From assembly GCF_000008645.1 (NCBI RefSeq), contig NC_000916.1, forward strand, positions 840,001 through 872,000: a stretch of DNA of 32,000 nucleotides. Reading direction: 5' to 3'. The position numbers were made by a program, and so were the translations under genes. Origin of the DNA: Methanothermobacter thermautotrophicus str. Delta H. GTDB lineage: Archaea; Methanobacteriota; Methanobacteria; Methanobacteriales; Methanothermobacteraceae. Of this stretch, positions 1 to 8,718 are shown piece after piece (positions within the stretch are counted from its first letter, which is position 1; every line of letters begins with the position of its first letter). The notes under the pieces are model-generated. The model saw nothing but the letters and a program-made list of their open reading frames with translations, was not told where the DNA came from and ran no database searches.

Positions 1-26
1 GTCTCCAAATGTCTCGTGAAGTTTCC

Positions 27-451
27 TTACAAACGCCGGTTGAAACCCAAGCAAAGCAACTCTGTCATATCCCAGCAATTCAAGGTAATCTGAAAGTAAT
101 TCAGCACACCTTTCAGGAGCGTTTCCAGTGCAGTGAACTGTCCTATCAATGAAACCCTTTCTTCCTCATGAGTGCATTGAAAGTAGCTATCAAACACGAT
201 TGTTTCCCTTTTACTAAAAGTTCCCCGAGGGTTCCTCTGAAATGAGTGGGAGTAGCTGTGAAGCACTCCCCTACAGTACCATCTTCAAGAGTCGCTCTGA
301 GCATGACCTCTCTCCCCTCAACAAGAGGATAATCCTTGATGGTTGATGTATCAAGGAGAGGGTTCTTCACAGAGATCTCGACATATGTGGACTCCATGGC
401 TGACGAATGTATCAGATAGTTCATTTTATCCCTGATAAACTCATGTATCAT
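27..451 (-). CDS. Hypothetical protein. Two overlapping minus-strand ORFs (146..451 and 27..266) lie in different frames and may be one gene with a frameshift near 255-270
   Basis: ORF track only. ATG at 449-451 lies 21 nt after the modA-like stop on the same strand. No motif was recognised. Confidence 0.3.
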
Positions 452-472
452 GGTATCAGATCCTGGTTTAAA

Positions 473-1255
473 TCAGAAAATGACTTTGAACCCCCATTTT
501 TCCCATATAACCCTGGCCTCATCTGATTTAATGTATTCAACGAATTCTTTTGATGTTTCAACGTTTCCTGAAATTGAAGTGACCGCTGCGGGTATTGTCT
601 GGTTCTTTGCTCCCTCGATTTCAATCATTTCCAGCTTTGATTTACTGTTGTTCCATGTCAACATGTCCTCCCATATTATAACTGCATCTACCTGTCCTGA
701 GAGGATGTATGTTAAGAGCTGATTAACTGTCGGAGTCTTCGCAACTAAATTTTCATTTATATTTACGCCCTCTTTATCAAGCATTTTCTGGGCGACTTTG
801 CCTATCGCGCATGCCTTGGGATCTCCTATCGCAACTCTCACGTTTTCTTTACCCAGATCTTTAAGGGAGGTTATGTTCTTCGGATTTCCCCTTTTAACGG
901 CTATGACGGGTTTATGTGAGGTCACATTCACAATGGTATCATTGATTATGTAACCCTTTTCTTTTGCCTTGTCCATTGTCGTATATTCGCCTGTTATGAG
1001 TACATCGCCCTTTTTTGATGTCATCAGTGTTGCAAGAAGTTCTCCTGAACCCCCATACTGAACATTAACCTTTTTTCCTGTCTTTTTCTCAAAATTAGTT
1101 ATTATCTCATTCATTGGTTTCATGAGCCCTGCCCCTGCAAGGACTGTGATCTCTGATCCCTTCATAGTCTTTGAATTTCCTGTGATAAGATACGCTCCTG
1201 TAACCGCTGAAAGGATCAGCAACCCTATTACAAACGCCATTATCTTCTTATCCAT
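473..1255 (-). CDS. modA: ModA-family molybdate/tungstate-type ABC transporter substrate-binding protein, membrane-anchored
   Basis: 260 aa. N-terminal hydrophobic anchor MAFVIGLLILSAVTGAYL. ModA-like segments VLAGAGLMKPMNEI and VQYGGSGELLATL. GGAGG lies 9 nt upstream of the ATG, which is 2 nt after the upstream stop. Mo versus W specificity cannot be read from the sequence. Confidence 0.8.
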   Translation of the reverse strand: MDKKIMAFVIGLLILSAVTGAYLITGNSKTMKGSEITVLAGAGLMKPMNEIITNFEKKTGKKVNVQYGGSGELLATLMTSKKGDVLITGEYTTMDKAKEKGYIINDTIVNVTSHKPVIAVKRGNPKNITSLKDLGKENVRVAIGDPKACAIGKVAQKMLDKEGVNINENLVAKTPTVNQLLTYILSGQVDAVIIWEDMLTWNNSKSKLEMIEIEGAKNQTIPAAVTSISGNVETSKEFVEYIKSDEARVIWEKWGFKVIF

Positions 1256-1257
1256 GA

Positions 1258-1968
1258 TCAGGCCTCCATTACCCTGTAGATTATTCCTCCATCTTTTTCA
1301 TGTAACATGCCCTCATTGAACCTTATTTTCTTTAGAATATTAACAGGATCAGTTATTTCAACCCCTGCAATCATATCAACCCCGTATTCAAAAAAAACAT
1401 CTGTCATTGGCGTTGTGGGTCCTATGATAGCCACAAAAGCATCAAGTTCTGCCAGTGCAAGGTAACGTTCTGTGCTGTGATTGACCAGTGTGCTGCCAGT
1501 CACTGCAAGTACATCAACCCGGGGGATAATCTGTTCAGCCGCTGTTTCAGGAAAAACACCCCTTTTAGGATTGACCTTAAATGGATTGATCTCCAGAATA
1601 TAGAACTCGTCCGAAACCGTCCTTATCCTGTCAGTGTAGCGGCGTGGGAATTCACCCACCATAGCGATTTTTCGATTTCGGCATTCCTCCATCAGTATAT
1701 CAAATGCATTGCATCGTTTACCACCTCCCTCGATCACTGAGTTAACAGTAGCAATTCCCAGGCTGGAATAAAATGGGTCCCATGACCTTGAAAGTTCAAG
1801 TAATTCATGAGTCATCTCTGGAATTTCAAAATCTCTGATGAATCCATTATTACTGGCTATACCGCAGGAGCTGCTCCAAACAGCCGTCCATGATCTGCCT
1901 ATGGCCACATCCCTTACTCTGATTTCAGGCATGTTCTCAATCTCATCCAGTATATCATCAAGTATCAT
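1258..1968 (-). CDS. DUF364/DUF4213-like protein (putative heavy-metal chelation domain family)
   Basis: Rossmann-like C-terminal half (KIAMVGEFP, VAIIGPTTPM, DMIAGVEI) is recalled as typical of DUF364. The ORF is open to the ATG at 2037, but that start overlaps the polyferredoxin by 37 nt. The ATG at 1966-1968 (MILDDILDEI) is preferred. Confidence 0.6.
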   Translation of the reverse strand: MILDDILDEIENMPEIRVRDVAIGRSWTAVWSSSCGIASNNGFIRDFEIPEMTHELLELSRSWDPFYSSLGIATVNSVIEGGGKRCNAFDILMEECRNRKIAMVGEFPRRYTDRIRTVSDEFYILEINPFKVNPKRGVFPETAAEQIIPRVDVLAVTGSTLVNHSTERYLALAELDAFVAIIGPTTPMTDVFFEYGVDMIAGVEITDPVNILKKIRFNEGMLHEKDGGIIYRVMEA

Positions 1969-2000
1969 AATAGCACCAGTATAATGGCAATTTCGGGCAT

Positions 2001-2999
2001 TTATTTCTGGAGTGCCGTCTTTATGATGTGTTCCCATGCCACTGACTTTAGATTCCTGATCCTTAGTTCAGACCTTTCAATAGAGAGGAGTCCATCGGGA
2101 CAGACACTGGAGCATGCTCCGCAGAATACGCAGAATTTCTCATCGATCCGGGCAGTACCATTTATTATACTGATTGCATTACAGGGACAAACATCCACAC
2201 ACGCGTGGCATGACTCACCCCTGCATCGCTCATCTGCCTGGCTTATGGTTCCTCTGATGGGTTTTTTAACGGTGATCGCATTTGCCGGGCATATTTCCAT
2301 ACACCAACCACAGTGAGCACATCTTTCATCAATTGTTATGACAGCACCCTCAACAGTGGCCTTCAGTTCCTCATTATACATGCATGTCAGACAGCTCATA
2401 CGGATGGCGCCAACAGGACATATCCTTTTGCATATGCCACAGTAGAGACATTTATCCTCATCCACCCGGATTCCATCGGCTATCGCCATATTTGATGAAT
2501 CCGGGTCTCTCCAGCTTATTTCAATGGCTGATGCAGGACACATAGCTGCACATTCACCACAATAGATGCATTTTTCCATTGATACATTTATCTCCCCTTT
2601 TACAAGGGATTTACGTTCAGGAAGATCCCTGATGGTTAAGAGTGCATTCCTTGGACATGCATCGGCGCAATTACCGCATAAAAAGCATTTTTCGTCATCA
2701 ATTTCAAGTTTAAAGTCCCAGAACGGATATTCATCGGCGCCCCTTATGCTTTTACCATCCTTCTGGAGATCTATGGCTCCGAAGATGCATACTGAAGCAC
2801 ATAACCCACATAGAACACACTTCTCCTTGTTGAAGGACACTCTGTTCATTTTGATTAAACCCCTCGCTATTGGGAGAAGAGGAGCTCTATCTATAGCGTT
2901 CACAGGGCATGTCTCTGAACATAACCCACAACCCGTGCATAGATCCGGATTGTAATTCAATGTCCTCCTTTCAGAACCCATCCTTTCATTAACCAACAT
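2001..2999 (-). CDS. Polyferredoxin with eight [4Fe-4S]-type Cys motifs (FwdF/MvhB-like)
   Basis: 332 aa. Eight motifs counted by eye: CTGCGLCSETCP, CVLCGLCASVC, CFLCGNCADACP, CIYCGECAAMCP, CLYCGICKRICP, CAHCGWCMEICP, CRGESCHACVDVCP, CVFCGACSSVCP. Confidence 0.9.
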   Translation of the reverse strand: MLVNERMGSERRTLNYNPDLCTGCGLCSETCPVNAIDRAPLLPIARGLIKMNRVSFNKEKCVLCGLCASVCIFGAIDLQKDGKSIRGADEYPFWDFKLEIDDEKCFLCGNCADACPRNALLTIRDLPERKSLVKGEINVSMEKCIYCGECAAMCPASAIEISWRDPDSSNMAIADGIRVDEDKCLYCGICKRICPVGAIRMSCLTCMYNEELKATVEGAVITIDERCAHCGWCMEICPANAITVKKPIRGTISQADERCRGESCHACVDVCPCNAISIINGTARIDEKFCVFCGACSSVCPDGLLSIERSELRIRNLKSVAWEHIIKTALQK

Positions 3000-3222
3000 C
3001 AGTATCTACCTCAGAAATAGCGCCGTTTGGACAGTTAGAGATGCAAAGCCTACAATTATCACATTTATCATTTATCACAAGGGGAAACCCGTTGTCCTCA
3101 ATTATTGCATCCTTTTCACAGATGAGAATGCAGAGGCCTTTTCCCGCGCAGTTTTCAACACCGCTACATTTCTCCCTATTGATGACTATCATAGACCAAC
3201 CTCGAAATGTAATTTTTTGCAT
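2989..3222 (-). CDS. Small ferredoxin, two Fe-S cluster motifs (FwdG-like size)
   Basis: One canonical motif (CDNCRLCISNCP) and one atypically spaced motif (CSGVENCAGKGLCILIC). It overlaps the polyferredoxin start by 11 nt. Two starts are possible: ATG 3222, leaderless relative to the TATA at 3244-3251, or ATG 3192 preceded by GAGGT. Confidence 0.8.
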   Translation of the reverse strand: MQKITFRGWSMIVINREKCSGVENCAGKGLCILICEKDAIIEDNGFPLVINDKCDNCRLCISNCPNGAISEVDTDVG

Positions 3223-3240
3223 ATCGTATATTCCACAGGT

Positions 3241-3253
3241 CCATATATAAATC
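3241..3253 (-). promoter_or_regulatory. Archaeal TATA box for the ferredoxin-polyferredoxin-DUF364-modA gene string
   Basis: The minus strand reads GATTTATATATGG (core TTTATATA at 3244-3251). Its centre lies about 26 nt upstream of the ATG at 3222. Confidence 0.45.
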
Positions 3254-3342
3254 TTTCTTAATGGACCTCATGAAAACAGTACTGTTTTACATGGCAGCTG
3301 AGGACCCCCGCAGTTATAATGGATATCCTCACGTATTTCCTG

Positions 3343-3355
3343 AAAAATAAAAAAA
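3343..3355 (-). terminator. Oligo-T terminator after the CobN-like gene
   Basis: The minus strand reads TTTTTTTATTTTT beginning 7 nt after the stop codon at 3362-3364. Confidence 0.45.
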
Positions 3356-3361
3356 TTGAAA

Positions 3362-6300
3362 TTAATCTGTTCTTCCAGGTCCAAAGAAGTACCCCAGACC
3401 TAGAAGGCCCACTATCGCCACTATACCAACTATGGCATAGACAGGTAGCCCGGTCTCCGGGTTAGCTGAACCTGAGGCGCTGCTGACCTCATAGGCCTTA
3501 CCCTGGTTTTCGCCCGCTGAGGAATGAGTTGCTGCCTCCACTCCAGGTGCTGATGTTGAAACATCTGAATCCTGTGATTCCTCGTGATGTGGCTCCCCGT
3601 TGTCTGCTGATGTACCCGGTGCCTGTGGCTGTCCTGGATTTGATGGTGCTGTGGGTGTGGATCCTCCATCGGAGGATGGTGCGAATGCTGAGCTCTTTGT
3701 GGCAGCGTAAAGCTTCTCCCTGACCCTTGAGAGAAGGTCCGGGTTCAGGTACTGCATGGCCCATTCCATCATGGCGATGTTGCCGCAACTGCAGTCACAG
3801 CATGCCACACCATTCTCTGCTATTGCCTGGGCCCACGTGGTGGCTATGAGACGCTTTGTGGCATCATCGGGGTTCCAGTATCCTCGGTGTATCGCTGTGA
3901 GCATCGTCCCTGTCATGCTTATCATTGCATAGCTGTTCCTACCCTGGGATAACCAGTCCTTAACTCCAAGTCCATATCTATCCCTTATGTATATGTCCAC
4001 TGTCTCCTCCCACATCCAGTCCGAGATTGTCTCGGGGCTCATTACATTCCAGCCCCAGAGGTTGGCCACGAAGTTGTTTGAGATCTCCCTTGCACCTGCG
4101 TATCCACTCTGCATCATTGCCTGTATCCATCTTGGGTTGTAGTAGCGTGACTGGAGCTCCCTGTAGAGGAACTGGTTCAGTGTCTCTATTCTGGCATTTG
4201 AGGGATTCACCTGGTTTATTATGTACATACCAGGGACCCTGCCGCCTGCCGCCTCAACTGCAAGCCTGAAGCCACCCAGGAACTCAAAGTTATGGTCCAC
4301 GTCCACGACCCCGTAGAGGTTGGTTGATCTTGAGTGGTACACACCCTCAACGTCCCTGAGTCTCATAGTGAGGACCTCCTCAAGGCTCACTCCCCAGCCA
4401 TCCTCACTGAGGGCATACTTCATGCTGTCAATGTACAGTCTTCCAAGCTCTGTCCTTTCCTCCCAGGTCCAGTCCTGCTGGACTGCCTCAGGAAGCCTTG
4501 TACCGTAGTTACCCAGTGATGGCCCAAAGAGCCTGGATATGGCTGCAATTCCTGCATCCTCTGGTTTCATGCCGAGTTTAATGAGCTCCTTAACATCATA
4601 TAGCCAGTGCCTTGCAATGGGGTTCCTGTCAAGGGGATCACTTCCCGGTATGAACAAACCTGCCTTCTGTATACTTGAGACCGAGGCGTTGAGTGCTGCG
4701 AGGAGCATGGTCCTGTTCTCTGCTGATTCCTGGTTTATGGCAGCCATCAGGGTATTGAATGATGCTGCCAGCGCCACCCTTGATGCCCTGTCCAGGAGGA
4801 CTCCCAGCAGCGGGAAGGTTTCCCTGAATATCCCTGATGTGGTCATGAGGACATCGACCCTTGACCTGTTGAGGACTGTCAGTGGTGTTGCCCTCACACC
4901 CATGACTGAACCTCCGAAGCCATAGATTGGTTCGAGTCCCATGAGCCTCAGGATGAAGGCAACCGTAGCACCCTTATCGTTCTGTGTCTCAGTCGCCCAT
5001 ATGACAACACCGAGCTGTTCGGGTGTTGCATTGTATGCTCTGAGCGCCTCATCAGCAAGCATGGAGCCCCTTATCCATGCGGCCTGTGTTGGAAGAAGTG
5101 AAGGATCCTCACCGTAGAGGTTTCCTCCCGTTGGAACCGCTGCTGGGTTCCTGATTGGGTCTCCCCCAGCTATGGGTGGTATGTAGCCACCTGCAAGGGC
5201 CTGAAGGAGCATCTGCCTCTCCCTTGCCCCTGAGCCCTTGATGTTCAGGACATCATTGAGGGTCATATTCAGGGCTGTTATCTCTGTTGCTGTGAGGTTT
5301 CTTCCGAGAACTGCCTGGAGCTCCGCCATGAGGGTCTGAAGTGACTTTCCACTGTAAAATTCTAGTATAAGATCTTCCACGGTCCTGTTTATTCCTGAGA
5401 GTGCCTGTGTCACCGAGAGGAAGGTGTTGTTACCGGCGCTTATCCTTGGAACACTGGCCATTGATTTTACCATGATGGTAAGCTGTGTCTGGTTCAGGTC
5501 CCTTCCAAATACGTAGAGACCAAGTGGCATCATTGTGCCCTCAAGTTCCCTTATGTAGTCGTCGATTCTATCAACCAGTTCATCCGGGTCAAGGTTGAGG
5601 TCAATGATGGTATCAAGGTGGAGCTGGACTGCCTTCTCCCTTATGAGCCTTATCTCCTCTGACCTGTTGCCTGGAGCTGCATGGTACTGGTCTATGAGCG
5701 TCTTGAGTGAGGCAATGTCCCCGTAGATTTCTGTTGCCTCGAGTGGTGGTGTCAGGTGGCTTATGCTCACAGCAAGACCCCTTCTCTTGGCGTGTATGAC
5801 CTCCCCGACACCATCCATGATGTAGATGTAGATGCTTGGAATGCCTCCAAGGCATATGTCAGGGTAATCTGCACCGGATAGTGCTGATTCCTTCCTTGGG
5901 AGCCACTCATAGGTGCCATGCCGTCCGAGGTGTATCATTGCATCTGCGCCGAACTCTGTCTGAAGGTATGCATAGAAGGCAAGGTACTGGTGGTGGGGTG
6001 GCACTATCTGGCTGTGGTAGAGTTTATCCACGTCGCCTTCCCATCCTCGCTGTGGCTGAGGACCCACAAAGACGTTTCCATAGAACATGCCAGGTATAAC
6101 AAGGTACCTCTTACCGTTCCTCTCAACCGTCATTATGTTTCCTGGTGGTGCTCCCCATCCACAGAGTCCCGGGACCCTGAGGGCCAGGAATGCTGATTTT
6201 GCACTGTAGAAAACATCCCACTGATTCAGTCCACTGTAAATATTCTTGAGGGCATTGTAGGCCCTGTTAACCTGGTTCTTTGCCTCTGATCCGTTGCTGA

Positions 6301-8362
6301 TCTGCATGTCATCTATCGTTGTTATCAGTGAACTCTGCCACCTGTCCAGTGTTTCGAGGAGTTTCGGGTTTTCAGTGGAGTACCTGAAGAGTGCTTCGAT
6401 GTAGCCGAAGGGTCCCTCCTCGATTTCTCTCCTTGCAAGCTCAGGTAGTCTGCTGTACCATTCCATGTACCTCTCTACGTCCCATAGTATGGTTGAATTT
6501 GCAAGCCTCTCAAGTTCACCGGGAGCCCAGTTTGCAATGTTGAGTCCCCTCGCCATCATCTCTGTGAGGAGATCATCAACACATGAAGGTGCTCCTCTGA
6601 CGGTGTAGTTGTTTTCCTGCAGAAGGCCCAGTATCTCAAGTATTGATGAGGGACCATCCAGGTAACTTGCACCTGCAAGGTTCTGCTTCCCTGGTGGATA
6701 GTTGTAGTAGATTAGGGCAACCTTCTTATCTGCATTTGAGAGGAACCTTAACCTCAGCCAGGAGTATACCCTGTCTGCAAAGGTTTCTACGCGCTCATCA
6801 ATGGGCTGATAGCATTCAACCTCCAGACCGGTTACGGTATCTATGGTCTTACGGGTCGATGCTGTTACCATTGTGAGTATCTGGCCCTGGAACTCCGGGA
6901 GCACGATCTGGCTTGTTATGCTTGTAAAGTCCATCCCTGAATCTGAGATGTACCATGTTTCCTCACTGTCGGAGACCACAAGTGATCTGAAGACCAGTAT
7001 ATTGTTGTCCATAATCATCCTTTCAGCGATTGCAGCGGTGGCGCCTCCAATCTTAAATGACTGGAGCGTTATGAGCCCCTGAATCCTTGTCCTGTTTTGA
7101 GAGTCAAAGAAGTAGCTCCTCATTGCATTTATGACCGGTGTTCCGTCAACAGGGTTACCCTGAGCTATAGTTGCTATGACATTTATGCCCCTTGACTCCA
7201 TTTCACTGATGAGTCTGTCGAGCATGAGGAGGTCACCGCGCTCCCATGTGAGTGCCATCCATGAGGTTATACCCACCGTGGGTCTTCCAGGCGTTAAGAA
7301 CTGCTCATAGTCTGTGAAGTTGTAGTAAAGTCTGCCGTTGCGGTAGAGGGCATACTTCGGAACTATTACCGGTTCTGTGAAGTTGTAGCCTCTTCCAGGG
7401 AATGCCAGTGCCAGGAGGTACATGAGACCCTGCTCCCTGTTCTCAGGTGATGCTGTGTCTGATGTCTTGTATTCCTGGAATTTAAGGTAGGATGCCATTG
7501 CAGGGTACTGCTGCTGCAGCTCCCTCAGCACCATTAGCGGTGTCTTTGGTGGCACTGCCCTTGAAACTGAATCAAAGATTGCCTGGAGCTGACTGTCTGT
7601 TAGTTCCGTGCCATTGGCATCAACGAACCTCGTATTGTTTATGTTTGTGAGCCTTGTAACCGGAAAACAGTGATATGGATTGGGGTAGGCCGCTATCACC
7701 TTACCATTAAGTTTTCCCTGACTCTTCATTGACATCAGCAGGTCAGGTACAGGACCGCTTGGACCGTTTGTTGTCTGTACGTTGCTTATGTAGACTATAT
7801 CAGCCCATTCTATGAGCTGTTCTGTCTCTGTGAGGTTCATCCTCGTCTGGTCAGTGTTTCTCACCTTTATGGTTATCTCAGGGTGCTTCTGCATTATGTT
7901 TTTCACTGGCTGGATGAGCTGCCCTGCCTCTGTTGGCCAGGATATTATTAAAAACCGTATCTCCGGCGGATCAAAGATACTGACACCGGCCAGTGGCTCG
8001 TCTCCATCATCAAAGATGGTGTTGTCGTTTAAATCTGCATAGAGCCTCCCTGTTATCTTCGAATCACTGAGGGATGCTTCAAGAATCATTTTTCCGCTTC
8101 TTGCAGATGCATTTGATGATGCTGACACTGTTACCCTGAGCATGTCATCGAATCTGTGCCTTTCAGGTAGTGTCCGGCCATCAACCCAGACAACATGACT
8201 GTCGCCAGTCACATTTTCAAATGCGAATCTCCCCTCGCTGTCTGTGATGTTGAATGGGGTTCCTCCTTCACCTCCATCAATCTCTGCAGCCATGCTTGAT
8301 CCCTGTAGCATGAAAACGAAAACCACTGTTATCAGTAGAGTAACACTTCGTTTTCTAATCAT
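3362..8362 (-). CDS. Giant CobN/BchH-family chelatase-like protein with N-terminal signal peptide, beta-sandwich domain, low-complexity stalk and C-terminal TM anchor
   Basis: CobN/Mg-chelatase H hallmark HLGRHGTYEWLPRKE and long collinear CobN-like body. Signal-like N-terminus MIRKRSVTLLITVVFVFMLQGSSMAAE. SdrD-B-like signature GRLYADLNDNTIFDDGDEPLAGVSIF. C-terminal S/T/P/G-rich tract followed by LPVYAIVGIVAIVGLLGLGYFF. The track start at 8368 is GTG and lies inside the SD GGAGGTGA (8365-8372), so the ATG at 8360-8362 is preferred. Confidence 0.9.
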   Translation of the reverse strand: MIRKRSVTLLITVVFVFMLQGSSMAAEIDGGEGGTPFNITDSEGRFAFENVTGDSHVVWVDGRTLPERHRFDDMLRVTVSASSNASARSGKMILEASLSDSKITGRLYADLNDNTIFDDGDEPLAGVSIFDPPEIRFLIISWPTEAGQLIQPVKNIMQKHPEITIKVRNTDQTRMNLTETEQLIEWADIVYISNVQTTNGPSGPVPDLLMSMKSQGKLNGKVIAAYPNPYHCFPVTRLTNINNTRFVDANGTELTDSQLQAIFDSVSRAVPPKTPLMVLRELQQQYPAMASYLKFQEYKTSDTASPENREQGLMYLLALAFPGRGYNFTEPVIVPKYALYRNGRLYYNFTDYEQFLTPGRPTVGITSWMALTWERGDLLMLDRLISEMESRGINVIATIAQGNPVDGTPVINAMRSYFFDSQNRTRIQGLITLQSFKIGGATAAIAERMIMDNNILVFRSLVVSDSEETWYISDSGMDFTSITSQIVLPEFQGQILTMVTASTRKTIDTVTGLEVECYQPIDERVETFADRVYSWLRLRFLSNADKKVALIYYNYPPGKQNLAGASYLDGPSSILEILGLLQENNYTVRGAPSCVDDLLTEMMARGLNIANWAPGELERLANSTILWDVERYMEWYSRLPELARREIEEGPFGYIEALFRYSTENPKLLETLDRWQSSLITTIDDMQISNGSEAKNQVNRAYNALKNIYSGLNQWDVFYSAKSAFLALRVPGLCGWGAPPGNIMTVERNGKRYLVIPGMFYGNVFVGPQPQRGWEGDVDKLYHSQIVPPHHQYLAFYAYLQTEFGADAMIHLGRHGTYEWLPRKESALSGADYPDICLGGIPSIYIYIMDGVGEVIHAKRRGLAVSISHLTPPLEATEIYGDIASLKTLIDQYHAAPGNRSEEIRLIREKAVQLHLDTIIDLNLDPDELVDRIDDYIRELEGTMMPLGLYVFGRDLNQTQLTIMVKSMASVPRISAGNNTFLSVTQALSGINRTVEDLILEFYSGKSLQTLMAELQAVLGRNLTATEITALNMTLNDVLNIKGSGARERQMLLQALAGGYIPPIAGGDPIRNPAAVPTGGNLYGEDPSLLPTQAAWIRGSMLADEALRAYNATPEQLGVVIWATETQNDKGATVAFILRLMGLEPIYGFGGSVMGVRATPLTVLNRSRVDVLMTTSGIFRETFPLLGVLLDRASRVALAASFNTLMAAINQESAENRTMLLAALNASVSSIQKAGLFIPGSDPLDRNPIARHWLYDVKELIKLGMKPEDAGIAAISRLFGPSLGNYGTRLPEAVQQDWTWEERTELGRLYIDSMKYALSEDGWGVSLEEVLTMRLRDVEGVYHSRSTNLYGVVDVDHNFEFLGGFRLAVEAAGGRVPGMYIINQVNPSNARIETLNQFLYRELQSRYYNPRWIQAMMQSGYAGAREISNNFVANLWGWNVMSPETISDWMWEETVDIYIRDRYGLGVKDWLSQGRNSYAMISMTGTMLTAIHRGYWNPDDATKRLIATTWAQAIAENGVACCDCSCGNIAMMEWAMQYLNPDLLSRVREKLYAATKSSAFAPSSDGGSTPTAPSNPGQPQAPGTSADNGEPHHEESQDSDVSTSAPGVEAATHSSAGENQGKAYEVSSASGSANPETGLPVYAIVGIVAIVGLLGLGYFFGPGRTD

Positions 8363-8380
8363 TTTCACCTCCTTTATAGT

Positions 8381-8718
8381 TTTTACAATTGTGGATATGG
8401 TATGAAGATTATTTAAGACTTTTTATTAATTTTTTTATTACATATTCTTGCTCTAATAAAAATTAAGTAATAATTATATGAAAATTTAATACATTCATCA
8501 CGCGTTATTGCATAATTAATGAATATTTTATCTGCATTTATGTATTACCGATGTATGTAACTCAAGAAATTAAAAATTTTTATAAATATAACGGCAAGGT
8601 TAAAGCCCTTTAAACGTTTCAGAAAAATTCTGAATCGATCAATCAACTGAAGAGGCCATTTAGTGCCATTCAACGCACCTGTATGTAATAATTATAGTTA
8701 ATAAATTAATCACAGGGG
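8381..8718. promoter_or_regulatory. Extremely AT-rich spacer containing the EEP gene terminator and the CobN-like gene promoter region
   Basis: Hand count gives 9/60 GC for 8401-8460 and 11/60 for 8461-8520, against about 50% in the flanking genes. There are many T-runs and repeated ATTAAT/TAATTA strings. Confidence 0.5.

Noticed and set aside
450-2955. Plus-strand ORFs 450..722, 1122..1319, 1477..1740, 1984..2316, 2313..2495, 2566..2955
   Set aside because: All are antisense to the modA-like, DUF364-like and polyferredoxin genes, which have clear family motifs and coupled starts.
3362-3460. PGF-CTERM archaeosortase signal at the CobN-like C-terminus
   Set aside because: The tail has a TM helix and a short charged end but reads GLPVYAIV rather than a PGF motif, so only a generic C-terminal anchor is claimed.
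3430-3788. Alternative-frame minus-strand ORFs (79 and 96 aa) and plus-strand ORFs inside the CobN-like C-terminal region
   Set aside because: They lie within the low-complexity stalk of the 1666-aa gene. Their H/R/Q-rich translations are by-products of that biased sequence.
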